Positions 43,651 through 52,972 of a stretch of DNA of 64,000 bases are shown piece after piece. The position numbers and the translations under genes were made by a program. The notes under the pieces are model-generated. The model ran no database searches and was not told the origin of the DNA. It saw nothing but the letters and a program-made list of their open reading frames with translations. The DNA lies in NCBI GenBank assembly GCA_964573805.1, contig CAZNKP010000020.1:75647-139646 (forward strand), in the 5' to 3' direction. Every line of letters begins with the position of its first letter. The first letter of the stretch is position 1. This DNA is from an uncultured Desulfobacterales bacterium (lineage in GTDB: Bacteria > Desulfobacterota > Dissulfuribacteria > Dissulfuribacterales > QOAL01).

Positions 43651-44171
43651 TGGATTCCTCCTGCCACTGAAGAAACACGAATATCTTTGTTATAGACATG
43701 GCCTTTTTGCGATGCCTGGGCCTTGATGCATTCGATTACAAGCCTCACATCAACCATTGGAGCAACTCCAGAATTCGAAAGATAAACATGGCATGATACT
43801 ATCTCTGGTTCTGATATCGCCTTGTCTTCCACACCGTCCCCAAGATCATAGGCATGAATATCTTCGATAGAAGATACCCGATCCACCTTTAGCCCTATTG
43901 ATTCCTGTCCTGCCTGGAGAATGACTACTGTCTTGGAACGACTAGCATGACCTACATGCCCGTCAGACCAAAAGGCAATTACAGGAATCACCTCGCCTCT
44001 AACATTTATTACTCCTGCTACCTTGGGGGTAGAATTGGGCAACGATGTGATGGTAGCAAAACGGACTATTTCCCTTACCTTGTTCAGTTCACAAGCCCAG
44101 CTTTTGCCATCGGCTTTAAATACAAGGGCCTTACCAAGGCTAACTGCCCTTTTTCCGTTATCTTTTGACAA
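43647..44171 (-). CDS. CheW-like coupling protein
   Basis: CheW core ([22 protein letters not shown]...[15 protein letters not shown]). The ORF opens at 44252 with TTG, but an internal TTG at 44171 preceded by GGGAG at 6-nt spacing gives a typical 174-aa size. The stop overlaps the MCP start (ATGA). Confidence 0.8.
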   Translation of the reverse strand: MSKDNGKRAVSLGKALVFKADGKSWACELNKVREIVRFATITSLPNSTPKVAGVINVRGEVIPVIAFWSDGHVGHASRSKTVVILQAGQESIGLKVDRVSSIEDIHAYDLGDGVEDKAISEPEIVSCHVYLSNSGVAPMVDVRLVIECIKAQASQKGHVYNKDIRVSSVAGGIQ

Positions 44172-44297
44172 TATCTTCTCCCGAAAAGAAAAATTTCTCT
44201 CTTTTTCTTTTCGGTATAAAAAAATAGAACTTAAACAGACAAATGTATTCAAAAAAAAAGGGAATGATTAAGATCGAAACCCTAAGTTAAAGAAATT

Positions 44298-44867
44298 CTA
44301 ATGGCCTTTTATTAAAGGGAACTGAGAAATGGATCTATATTCTGGGCCACTTGGATGTAGTATGCTTTGGTAGAGGTGGATCTCTTTGACCAGTGTCTTC
44401 AGCAGAGGCGGATTTATCCTTAAAAAGTCTTCCAAGTCAGGGGCTTTCAGAGATCTGGCCTTTATCCTTCCTATTGTAATGTGAGGAGTAAAAGCTCTGC
44501 AGTCTGGCTCGAAACCAAGAACTGAAAGCTTCTGATCGATATCCGATTGAAGTTGCCTTAAAGTAGCTAATTCGCCTTTTAGACCAAACCAGAGCACTCT
44601 TGGAGCTTTTAGATTCGGGAATACGCCTGTTCTGCTAAGCTCGATCTCAAAAGGATTGCAGTTACTGGAGACCCTTTTGACTTGCTGTTTTAGGTTTACA
44701 ATCAAATGTTCATTAACATTTCCGAGAAATTTTAGGGTAATATGGCAATTTTTGGGTTTAACCCATTTTACCTTCTTGTGATAGATGAGCCTGAATCTTT
44801 CGATAGACTTTGAAAGGTATTTTTCCGTTTCAGTCGACAGGTTTATAGCCAGGAAGCAGCGAACCAT
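44298..44867 (-). CDS. thpR: RNA 2',3'-cyclic phosphodiesterase (2H family, ThpR/LigT)
   Basis: 189 aa with two HxT motifs (HITLKFLG and HITIGR). Confidence 0.85.
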   Translation of the reverse strand: MVRCFLAINLSTETEKYLSKSIERFRLIYHKKVKWVKPKNCHITLKFLGNVNEHLIVNLKQQVKRVSSNCNPFEIELSRTGVFPNLKAPRVLWFGLKGELATLRQLQSDIDQKLSVLGFEPDCRAFTPHITIGRIKARSLKAPDLEDFLRINPPLLKTLVKEIHLYQSILHPSGPEYRSISQFPLIKGH

Positions 44868-46104
44868 ATTTTAAAAATCTCCTGAGCCAGTCCAGGGCCG
44901 TTTCCACAGTAAGTTTTCTTACTTCCTGACGGGTGCCAGGAAAAAGGAAACGATGAACCAAATAGGTATCTTCCACAGACATTGATATAAAAACGGTGCC
45001 AACAGGCTTTTCAGGGGAACCACCTCCTGGTCCAGCAATCCCGGTAATTGCAAGAGCGCACTGACTCCCTGCCCTTTTTCTGACACCTTGCACCATCTCT
45101 AGGGCGGTCTGGCGACTAACCGCTCCATACCGTTCAAGTGTTTTAGGAGAAACTCCAAGAAGATCCATCTTCGCCTTGTTGCTATAGGTAACCATCACCC
45201 TGTCAAACCAATCTGAACTTCCAGCAACCGAGGTGACTGTTTCTCCTAGCATACCTCCTGTACACGATTCGGCTGCTGAGAGTACAAAATTTTTTGACTT
45301 TAAGAGCTGGCCAAGGGTGGCCGGGAGACTGCCGTCATCGTCCTCAGCCACGATGAATTTTTCAAACTCGGTCCGGATAGTTCTTGCAGCTTCTTGTAGG
45401 AGTTGTTCTGCCTTGTTTTTAGACTTGTCGGTTACAGTAATACTTACATGCACTTCTGGAAAGACAGGATAATAGCCGAACTTTACATGCCTGTTCGATA
45501 CTGGCATTTCCTCAAGCCTCATATTTATTTCGGTCTCTGTAAGACCAAAGAGTTTGAATACCTGCTGAAATACATAGGGTCTGTCTTTGTCCAAGTCGTT
45601 TAAGCGGGGCAATACCCTTTCTATAAGATGTGTATGCAACTGTTCAGGTACCCCTGGAAGAAAAAAGAGATATACTCCACTGTAGTTCAATTCATATCCT
45701 GCTGCATGTCCGTTAGGATTAAGGACCTTTGCTCCCTTTGGCAGCATGATAAGTTTACGTTTGAACTGGTCTGGAGCATGTTCGCCAAAACGGGCCTCCA
45801 TCTCTTTTATTTGTTTTTCCACCTGGCTATTTTTTTCTAGAGGAAGGCCCAATGCCTTGGATACAGACTCATTTGTAATGTCATCGGTGGTGGGGCCAAG
45901 GCCACCACTGACAATTACAAACTCGTTTTTAGTAATTGCCTCAAGCAGGGTCTCTCTGATTATTTTAGGATCATCTCCAACGATGGTGATCTTTCTCACT
46001 AGATGACCTGCAGAAAAGAGTCTTGAGGCAGCAAAGCTGCTTGTAGTGTTTAGAATCCTTCCTGATACGAGTTCGTCACCAATGGCTATGATTTCCCCAA
46101 TCAT
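44830..46104 (-). CDS. cinA: CinA family protein (MoCF-binding domain + nicotinamide-nucleotide amidase PncC domain)
   Basis: 424 aa. N-terminus MIGEIIAIGDELVSGRILNT is typical. C-terminal CinA/PncC domain (AESCTGGMLG). Confidence 0.9.
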   Translation of the reverse strand: MIGEIIAIGDELVSGRILNTTSSFAASRLFSAGHLVRKITIVGDDPKIIRETLLEAITKNEFVIVSGGLGPTTDDITNESVSKALGLPLEKNSQVEKQIKEMEARFGEHAPDQFKRKLIMLPKGAKVLNPNGHAAGYELNYSGVYLFFLPGVPEQLHTHLIERVLPRLNDLDKDRPYVFQQVFKLFGLTETEINMRLEEMPVSNRHVKFGYYPVFPEVHVSITVTDKSKNKAEQLLQEAARTIRTEFEKFIVAEDDDGSLPATLGQLLKSKNFVLSAAESCTGGMLGETVTSVAGSSDWFDRVMVTYSNKAKMDLLGVSPKTLERYGAVSRQTALEMVQGVRKRAGSQCALAITGIAGPGGGSPEKPVGTVFISMSVEDTYLVHRFLFPGTRQEVRKLTVETALDWLRRFLKYGSLLPGYKPVD

Positions 46105-46634
46105 GATAAGATCAAACCCCCAACCCGGAAAAGCACGTTTGCTATAATCCCTGCCATGACATCATCCATAACTATAGAGGCTCCTCCTGTGAAAACATCC
46201 TCCATCTGTTTTACAGGAAAAGGTTTATATATGTCAAACAGGCGAAAAAGAAGAAACAGTGTTGCCACTGAGGCAAGCGATGCAGGAATTAGCCATAAAG
46301 AGATGGCCATGCCAGCAATCTCATCAATAACTACTACCTGCGGATCTTCCTCTCCGAGAGATCTTTCTGTTATATGAGCACAGATGCATGAAAATACAAC
46401 AAGGCATGAAAGTAGAAGAAGCGATGTCCATATTGAGGTAAGATTTACGCCAAGCCCTACAGGAATACCAAGCAAGGCCCCTGCTGTTCCAGGAGCCTTT
46501 GGAAGGTAGCCAACACCAAAACCTGTTGCAAAAAATCTACATACCTTTTGAGGAAGAGTGCTGCTAATCTTTTCTGTTACTTCTCTTTGGATGTTGCCTG
46601 CCACAAACAATAACCTCCTCGTATACTTGGGCAA
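46101..46634 (-). CDS. pgpA: Phosphatidylglycerophosphatase A
   Basis: 177 aa. GFGVGYLPKAPGTAGAL, VVIDEIAG and FRLFDIYKPFP motifs. The 5' end overlaps larC by 71 nt, so the start is uncertain. Confidence 0.85.
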   Translation of the reverse strand: MPKYTRRLLFVAGNIQREVTEKISSTLPQKVCRFFATGFGVGYLPKAPGTAGALLGIPVGLGVNLTSIWTSLLLLSCLVVFSCICAHITERSLGEEDPQVVVIDEIAGMAISLWLIPASLASVATLFLLFRLFDIYKPFPVKQMEDVFTGGASIVMDDVMAGIIANVLFRVGGLILS

Positions 46635-47757
46635 TTGGCACTTCGAATTTTTCAGATATCATCTTACATTGATCAAACTCTGGAACAATATCATTGCCAT
46701 TAGGTCTTGTGATAATTTTAGCAGCCACATTTCCCCATTTAGTTTTTATATGCACCAATTTTCTACGCAAGACAATGCGGGCAGTTCTTTTGATCCGGAC
46801 TCCTATTGTAGTGGTATTTGAAAGAAAAAAGCCTGATATCAGGCTTGCGTCTTCTGGTCGTGAAAGGACATGTATCTCAAAGCCGGGTCTGTTTTTTTTC
46901 ATAAATACCGGACAGATCCAGGCATCAAGTGCCCCTTTATCAAGAACCGATTCCATAAAATAGCCAATATGTTCCGGATTCATGTCGTCAACAACAGTGC
47001 ACAATTCCGCAACTTCGTCTGAAAGTGCATCAAGAGTATCTCTTTCCCCAAGGATGATTCTCAAGAGATTCGGCCTGCTTCTGAGTTCCCATGTGCCTGC
47101 TCCATAGCCTGTATGTAAAATTTTCATCTTTGGAAGCTCTGACCAACTATCTGAAAGTTCTGTTGCAAGTAAGGCTCCTGTCGGGGTAACAAGCTCTTTT
47201 TCTTCTCTCACAAAGTATATCTCTTTACCTTTTAAGAGCTCAACAACCGCAGGGGCAGGAAGTGGAATGATGCCGTGTCCGCATTTGGTAAAGTTGCGCG
47301 ACAATGGCAAAGGGGAACAGGTAACAAGGTCTATTTTAAGAGAACGCTTGGCAACAAAAGCGCCGGTTACATCTATTATTGCGTCTACAGCCCCGGTTTC
47401 ATGAAAGTGGACATCACCGGTTCCAATTCCATGAACCTTTGCTTCTACTTCTGCAAGCCTTTCAAAGGCTGTTATAACCCGATTTTTTATACCTTGCTGC
47501 AAAGAGGAGCGGTCGATAAGGTCTTTAATTTGTTTTATGTTTCTGCAAGATCTATCGTTATTGCCAGGTATTACATCTACTTTAATTGCAGACAGGCCTC
47601 CTCTTTGGACACGTCTTACAGAAACCCGGGTATCTGTTAATCCAAGTATTCGGGGAAGCTCTAATAGTTCTTTTTCTTCCCAGCCCACATCCAAAAAGGC
47701 CCCTAGCAGCATATCCCCACTTATGCCTGAAAAGCAGTCGAGAAAACAGATGTTCAT
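46564..47757 (-). CDS. larC: LarC family nickel-insertion protein (DUF111)
   Basis: 397 aa. N-terminus MNICFLDCFSGISGDMLLGAFLDVG is diagnostic of LarC/DUF111. Confidence 0.85.
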   Translation of the reverse strand: MNICFLDCFSGISGDMLLGAFLDVGWEEKELLELPRILGLTDTRVSVRRVQRGGLSAIKVDVIPGNNDRSCRNIKQIKDLIDRSSLQQGIKNRVITAFERLAEVEAKVHGIGTGDVHFHETGAVDAIIDVTGAFVAKRSLKIDLVTCSPLPLSRNFTKCGHGIIPLPAPAVVELLKGKEIYFVREEKELVTPTGALLATELSDSWSELPKMKILHTGYGAGTWELRSRPNLLRIILGERDTLDALSDEVAELCTVVDDMNPEHIGYFMESVLDKGALDAWICPVFMKKNRPGFEIHVLSRPEDASLISGFFLSNTTTIGVRIKRTARIVLRRKLVHIKTKWGNVAAKIITRPNGNDIVPEFDQCKMISEKFEVPIAQVYEEVIVCGRQHPKRSNRKD

Positions 47758-48455
47758 TTTAGCTCTTCCCTAGTTTTGGCTTCCACCCAGGCATAGATCC
47801 TTTCCCTGTAGTACCAGGCCGGTGCGGCAACTACCAAGGTGATAACAAGTATGGATACAAAACCTGCCCAGTTTCCATTGTATATTTCTGCCCCTTGCCA
47901 ACTCAGCATAAGGGTGCCTGGTATACGGCCTACTGAGGATATAAATACAAAGATCTGCCAAGGCATTCTGGTAAGTCCCAAGAAGTAACAAAGGAAGTCT
48001 TTGGGAAATCCTGGGAATATATATAAAAAGAAACAGATAAAGATCCCCTGATGTTCCAATAGGCCTTCCAGTTTCCAGTACCACTCTGATTTCTTGAGCC
48101 AAGGCTCTACAAGACGGCGAAAGTGTCGAGCGATCGAGAAGGCCAGTATGGAACCTAGGCTGAGTCCTAATGTAGAATAAAAAAGACCAAGCCATTTCCC
48201 AAATAAAAAGCCTCCCACCACACCTGTAGCCTCTCCTGGTATAGGAGAGAGTACTACTTGAAGGGCCTGGAGCAAAATGAAGCCTATAGGACCAAATGGT
48301 CCAAGAGAGAGTACAAATTCTCTAAGAGTTTCCCGCTTTTCAAGGATTGTTAGACCCCAGGCAAATATATCCTGAATCCTGTGTCTGAAAAGAAACAGAA
48401 AAATGAAACAGGCCAAAACGGCCACTAAGATGACAGCCCATTTTTTCCTTTGCAT
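47754..48455 (-). CDS. TVP38/TMEM64 (DedA superfamily) membrane protein
   Basis: 233 aa polytopic protein with SNARE_assoc-type motifs (VLSPIPGEATGVVGGFLFG). Confidence 0.75.
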   Translation of the reverse strand: MQRKKWAVILVAVLACFIFLFLFRHRIQDIFAWGLTILEKRETLREFVLSLGPFGPIGFILLQALQVVLSPIPGEATGVVGGFLFGKWLGLFYSTLGLSLGSILAFSIARHFRRLVEPWLKKSEWYWKLEGLLEHQGIFICFFLYIFPGFPKDFLCYFLGLTRMPWQIFVFISSVGRIPGTLMLSWQGAEIYNGNWAGFVSILVITLVVAAPAWYYRERIYAWVEAKTREELK

Positions 48456-48487
48456 CAGATGGAGTCTATTTCAGGCTGGCCCTTGAA

Positions 48488-50101
48488 TCAACTCCTGCGA
48501 AGAAGGGTGTCACGGCGCCAGTTCCAGTCATCTTTTGAGGGATAATCAAGGACATAGTGGCCTCCTCGGCTTTCTTTTCTAGAGGATGCAGCCTCAATGA
48601 TTAGTTGGGCCGTCATGGCTAGATTTCTAAGCTCTAGAAAATCCCTGGTTATTATGTAGTCCCAATAATGCTGATTTATTTCCTTCAAAATTGGCTTTAG
48701 CCTCTGGGCGGCCAGTTGAAGTCTTTTCGAGCTTCTGACAATGCCCACATAATTCCACATAAGCCTTCTTATAACGTCCCAATTGTGGGATATGAGGACT
48801 GCTTCTTCCATATCTACGGCACCACCAGAATCCCATGGAGGCACGTCCACGTGAGGCATAGCTTTAAATTTCGTCAGAAGCTGAACCGCTCTTTTGGCTG
48901 CCCGGTGGGCCATGACCATTCCTTCTAGAAGAGAGTTAGATGCGAGCCTGTTAGCCCCATGAAAGCCTGTGCAGGCAGTTTCTCCAACGGCAAAAAGTCC
49001 AGGCAGATCTGTTTGTCCCCAAATATCTGTCACCACTCCTCCACACATATAGTGAGCTGCAGGAACTACAGGAATGGGCTCCTTAGTTATATCTATTCCA
49101 AACTCTAGACACGTTTTATAGATATTTGGAAATCTTTTTTTGATAAAGTCGGCAGGTTTGTGGCTTATGTCAAGATAAACACATTCTTTTCCTGTGCGCT
49201 TCAGTTCCGCATCAATGGCCCTGGCTACAACATCCCGCCCCGCAAGTTCTTTTCTAACAGGATCATAGCGCTCCATAAATGAATGGCCTTGCCAGTCTAT
49301 AAGCCGTGCTCCCTCTCCACGAAGCGCCTCTGATATAAGAAAATTTTTTGCCTTTGTATGATAAAGAAGGGTAGGATGGAATTGTACAAACTCTAGATTG
49401 GCGATTCTTGCACCTGCCCTGTAGGCAATGGCAATGCCGTCTCCTGTGGCCACGTCAGGGTTACTGGTATACAAATAGACCTTTCCGGCACCTCCAGTTG
49501 CTAAAAAAGTGATATATGCAAGTATAGTGTGTATTTTCCCATTGGAGGCCTCAAGAACGTATGCGCCAAGACAGCGGTCCCCTTTAGTAAATCCGGAGGC
49601 CTTATCCTGGCTACAAGCTATCTTGCAAGAGGTCAGGAGATCTACTACTACAAAGTCCTCAAGTATCTCTATATTGGGGTTTGAGATGGCCTTTTCCACC
49701 AAGATTCGTTGTATTTCAAGCCCTGTAAAATCACCGCTATGCACAATCCTTCTTCTACTGTGCCCTCCTTCTTTGCCAAGCTCATATTGGCCATCATCGT
49801 CTTTGCTAAATTTTACCCCGAGTTCTTCAAGCTCTTTAATACGTTTGGGGCCGTCTCTTACTATAGCTCGCACCACATCTTCATGGCTGAGTCCATCTCC
49901 GGCAAGGATTGTATCATATTCATGCAAAACAAAGTGATCGTCATTGCCAAGTACACATGCAATCCCTCCCTGGGCCAATCTAGTTGCAGTATCAGAGTGC
50001 CGTTTTTTGGTGACAACAAGGACGTTTCCATGTTGGGCTAATTTTAGCGCAAGGCTCAGACCCGCTATGCCACTGCCTACAATTAGAAAATCTGTTTGCA
50101 T
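48488..50101 (-). CDS. nadB: L-aspartate oxidase
   Basis: 537 aa. FAD-binding N-terminus (DFLIVGSGIAGLSLA), AQGGIA and the fumarate reductase/succinate dehydrogenase flavoprotein fold pattern. Confidence 0.9.
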   Translation of the reverse strand: MQTDFLIVGSGIAGLSLALKLAQHGNVLVVTKKRHSDTATRLAQGGIACVLGNDDHFVLHEYDTILAGDGLSHEDVVRAIVRDGPKRIKELEELGVKFSKDDDGQYELGKEGGHSRRRIVHSGDFTGLEIQRILVEKAISNPNIEILEDFVVVDLLTSCKIACSQDKASGFTKGDRCLGAYVLEASNGKIHTILAYITFLATGGAGKVYLYTSNPDVATGDGIAIAYRAGARIANLEFVQFHPTLLYHTKAKNFLISEALRGEGARLIDWQGHSFMERYDPVRKELAGRDVVARAIDAELKRTGKECVYLDISHKPADFIKKRFPNIYKTCLEFGIDITKEPIPVVPAAHYMCGGVVTDIWGQTDLPGLFAVGETACTGFHGANRLASNSLLEGMVMAHRAAKRAVQLLTKFKAMPHVDVPPWDSGGAVDMEEAVLISHNWDVIRRLMWNYVGIVRSSKRLQLAAQRLKPILKEINQHYWDYIITRDFLELRNLAMTAQLIIEAASSRKESRGGHYVLDYPSKDDWNWRRDTLLRRS

Positions 50102-50109
50102 ATATTTTT

Positions 50110-51066
50110 TTATTGGTCCACAGATTTTAAGATGTCTTCAAAGACTTTTGGAAATTTCTTTGCAAATTCCGGCAGCATCATAAGCATGATCTCTCTCATA
50201 GATGGGTCTGCAGCCTTTGATGCCCTGAGTCTAAATATATGTTGCCACTCTTCAAGTGTTGCATGAACCATTATCTCTGTTTTACACGAGTTTGGAAGCA
50301 CAGTCCTTGCGGCTTGAGGAGAAGAGTTTTTCAGCAACTCCAGGTAAATAGCCTCGGTTTCTTTCATCGCCCTTTCCCATAGCTCGTATTGAGGTGTGCC
50401 TTCATCAAAGAAGCAAGGCCTTATGAATGTCACTTGTCCACCAAATTTTTCTTCACCATATCGGCAGTACCTTTGAGATTCCTGGAGATAAGAGGCGACC
50501 CTATGTCTGACTAGTTCATGAGTTACGGCCCTGTTCACTATAATATGCGTAAGGAGACAACGGTGTTTTACAAGAAGTGATGTCTCTAGGTTGTCAACTT
50601 CTTTTGGCAAAAGGAGCCTGACCTTCAGCTTGGAATCTGTTTGGCTTGCTGTCTCCAGGTCTTCAAATAAGACCGGATAGTGGCGTTGCAACTCAGATTT
50701 TATGGCGCAGATCAAAGGGGCGTTAGGCAATCGTCTGGCAAGATCTCTAAAAGAGCGGGGATTGCCAGAGATTAAATAAAGATTCTCTGTAAGCCTTGAT
50801 GCCTGGCAAAATCTAGGAATGTGAATAAAAAAATCTTTAAAAAGTCTTTCCTGCGGGGCCTCTACCTCCATCACCAGATTAGCCATCTCTATTACAGATT
50901 CGTGCCCCCTTTTAATGATGCCCTTAATAAAAGGGATGGCACTTTCTTCAGTTATTTTGTCTTCACTCTTATAGCATACCCTGCCACAGCGCTCTATTTG
51001 CTCAAGCACCTTTCCTTTTTGGAAATATTCATCAAGAATCTTAAAGCTTGGATAGATTACCTTCAT
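50110..51066 (-). CDS. thyX: FAD-dependent thymidylate synthase ThyX (long form with an internal ~100-aa insertion)
   Basis: 318 aa. Exact ThyX signature RHR-x7-S (RHRVASYLQESQRY) at residues 187-197, and an upstream GHESVIEM block. Confidence 0.75.
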   Translation of the reverse strand: MKVIYPSFKILDEYFQKGKVLEQIERCGRVCYKSEDKITEESAIPFIKGIIKRGHESVIEMANLVMEVEAPQERLFKDFFIHIPRFCQASRLTENLYLISGNPRSFRDLARRLPNAPLICAIKSELQRHYPVLFEDLETASQTDSKLKVRLLLPKEVDNLETSLLVKHRCLLTHIIVNRAVTHELVRHRVASYLQESQRYCRYGEEKFGGQVTFIRPCFFDEGTPQYELWERAMKETEAIYLELLKNSSPQAARTVLPNSCKTEIMVHATLEEWQHIFRLRASKAADPSMREIMLMMLPEFAKKFPKVFEDILKSVDQ

Positions 51067-51078
51067 GGAGCCCCCTCT

Positions 51079-52971
51079 TTAATCCCTTTTAATAGATAAG
51101 ACTTGGACCGTTGTCCCGGTTCGTTTCGGGTCAATTTTTTCAAATGAGACGAGAGGTCTCATTTGTATGCATTTGACACCAAGTTTTTTGCACTTGTCTC
51201 TTATTACTTCAAAAAGAGAAAAGGGCGACGAAAGAATAGAGATAAACACTATCTTGACACCGTGACGTTTTATTATCTTTTCAAGATCGTCTCCGGTACC
51301 GATAACTTTCACACCGTGAATTTCTTGCCCTTGTTTGGCTATATCATCGTCGATGAAACCAACAGGGAGATAATCATGATTTCTTCTTTTTCTAAGCTCT
51401 CTAAGGAACAAATCCCCACCGTCTCCAGCACCATAGATAAGAATAGGAATCGAATGTCCCTTTTCTGCCTGTCTAATAAAATATTCATTGAACATCCGCA
51501 TCAAAAAGCGGATACCGCCAATGAGTAGAAAGGTCATAATGGCATCTAGGAAAAAGACCACCCTTGAGAAGCCTTGAAATCTGTAGACAAAGACCAAGAC
51601 CCCCACAATGATAGCGGAACTTGCCAAAGTGGCCTTTATTATCTTGAATGTGTCGTCCAAGCTTGCAAAGCGCCACTGGCCCCTGTAGAGGCCCAAAAAC
51701 CACAAACAGCACACCTTGACTCCCAGTACCAGTGGGAGGGTCTTTTCTATGAGTCCCTGATTAAATGGGCTTATCTGTCCGTCAAACTTTAGGAGATAGG
51801 CAGAATAGTAGCCAACTGTTAGCAGGAATAGATCGATACAGACCTGTAGTATCTGACGCTTATTTAATATCATGGCCATTGCTCCTGCTATTCTCGACCG
51901 CTTCTTGTTTTCGTTCCCATCGTAGACGTCCTTGTTTAGATAGCTCAAAAAGACCCCAAAAAATATAGAGATCACAGCAGTGATACTTAGCACGGCCAAC
52001 AGTCCCCCCATTGAATGGGCTGCCATATATAGGGTTATAGCAGATACCACAGCCGCAGCTATCATAAGGGTAAGGACTGCTCGTTCTTCAGATAATCCAA
52101 GGAGTACAAGCCTGTGGGATGTATGATCTCGCCCGCCTTGAGATATGGCTCGTCCGCTTTGGAGTCTGGACAATGAAACAAAGGCTGTATCGAAGATGGG
52201 TATAATCAGCACCGATATAGGGACTGCCATCATAAGTACAATGTTAGAGAGACCAGCAAGAGAATCCTGCCCCCCTGGGATATTTGCCTGATGCATATGG
52301 GTACTGACAATTGCAAGGCCTCCTAACATAAAGCCGAGAAAGAGGCTTCCACAATCTCCCATAAAGATTTTTGCAGGTTTGAAATTGTATATAAAAAAAC
52401 CGAGACAGGCACCTGCAAGAAGGACAGACGGCAGGATCAACTTTAAGATCCCAAACATCAGTCCATATCCAGCAAGGGAGAAACAGGCCACCATAGTAAT
52501 ACCAGATGATAGCCCATCCATATTGTCCAATATGTTGATGGCGTTGGCCATGCCTATTAGCCAAAATAGGCTCAAACATATAGAGGTTACCGGATATCCT
52601 GGAAGGTTAATTTTCAGGCCAAAGCCAACAAGCAATACTGCACAGACCAGTTGAGCTAGGAATTTGCTTTGTGGAGTAAATTCAAAGAAGTCGTCAAGGA
52701 GGCCTATCAGAAAAAAAAGACATCCACCTGCTATAAGCAAAAGATTTTCGTTTTCATGTACAGGGCTTGCAATGATAAAGGGAATGATAAACGCGATAAA
52801 TATGGCTGTGCCACCGTAAAGGGCTGTAGGTTGGTCGTGCCATCTGTCTTGTCTTGGCATGGCAACCAAGCCCGTTTTTTGGGCAAACAGTATGGCAATT
52901 GGAGTAAACGTTGCGCTAAGAATAAACGATAAAAGAAAATAACCAACCAATTCTGCCACCATGGTGGCCAT
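51079..52971 (-). CDS. Fusion protein: MraY/WecA-type polyprenyl-phosphate sugar-phosphate transferase (Glycos_transf_4) + 4-TM/CoA-binding-like Rossmann module (CapD/WbpM N-terminal-like)
   Basis: 630 aa. GT4 motifs NAINILDNMDGLSSG and GDCGSLFLGFMLG in the N-terminal ~340 aa. Further TMs follow, then IPILIYGAGDGGDLFLRELRKRRNHDYLPVGFIDDD...GVKVIG. Confidence 0.7.
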   Translation of the reverse strand: MATMVAELVGYFLLSFILSATFTPIAILFAQKTGLVAMPRQDRWHDQPTALYGGTAIFIAFIIPFIIASPVHENENLLLIAGGCLFFLIGLLDDFFEFTPQSKFLAQLVCAVLLVGFGLKINLPGYPVTSICLSLFWLIGMANAINILDNMDGLSSGITMVACFSLAGYGLMFGILKLILPSVLLAGACLGFFIYNFKPAKIFMGDCGSLFLGFMLGGLAIVSTHMHQANIPGGQDSLAGLSNIVLMMAVPISVLIIPIFDTAFVSLSRLQSGRAISQGGRDHTSHRLVLLGLSEERAVLTLMIAAAVVSAITLYMAAHSMGGLLAVLSITAVISIFFGVFLSYLNKDVYDGNENKKRSRIAGAMAMILNKRQILQVCIDLFLLTVGYYSAYLLKFDGQISPFNQGLIEKTLPLVLGVKVCCLWFLGLYRGQWRFASLDDTFKIIKATLASSAIIVGVLVFVYRFQGFSRVVFFLDAIMTFLLIGGIRFLMRMFNEYFIRQAEKGHSIPILIYGAGDGGDLFLRELRKRRNHDYLPVGFIDDDIAKQGQEIHGVKVIGTGDDLEKIIKRHGVKIVFISILSSPFSLFEVIRDKCKKLGVKCIQMRPLVSFEKIDPKRTGTTVQVLSIKRD

Positions 52972-52972
52972 C

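Noticed and set aside
46564-46634. 71-nt overlap between larC and pgpA as a possible frameshift or fusion
   Set aside because: Both reading frames give complete, family-typical proteins. The overlap most likely reflects an over-extended pgpA start, although no canonical alternative start codon was found in the overlap.
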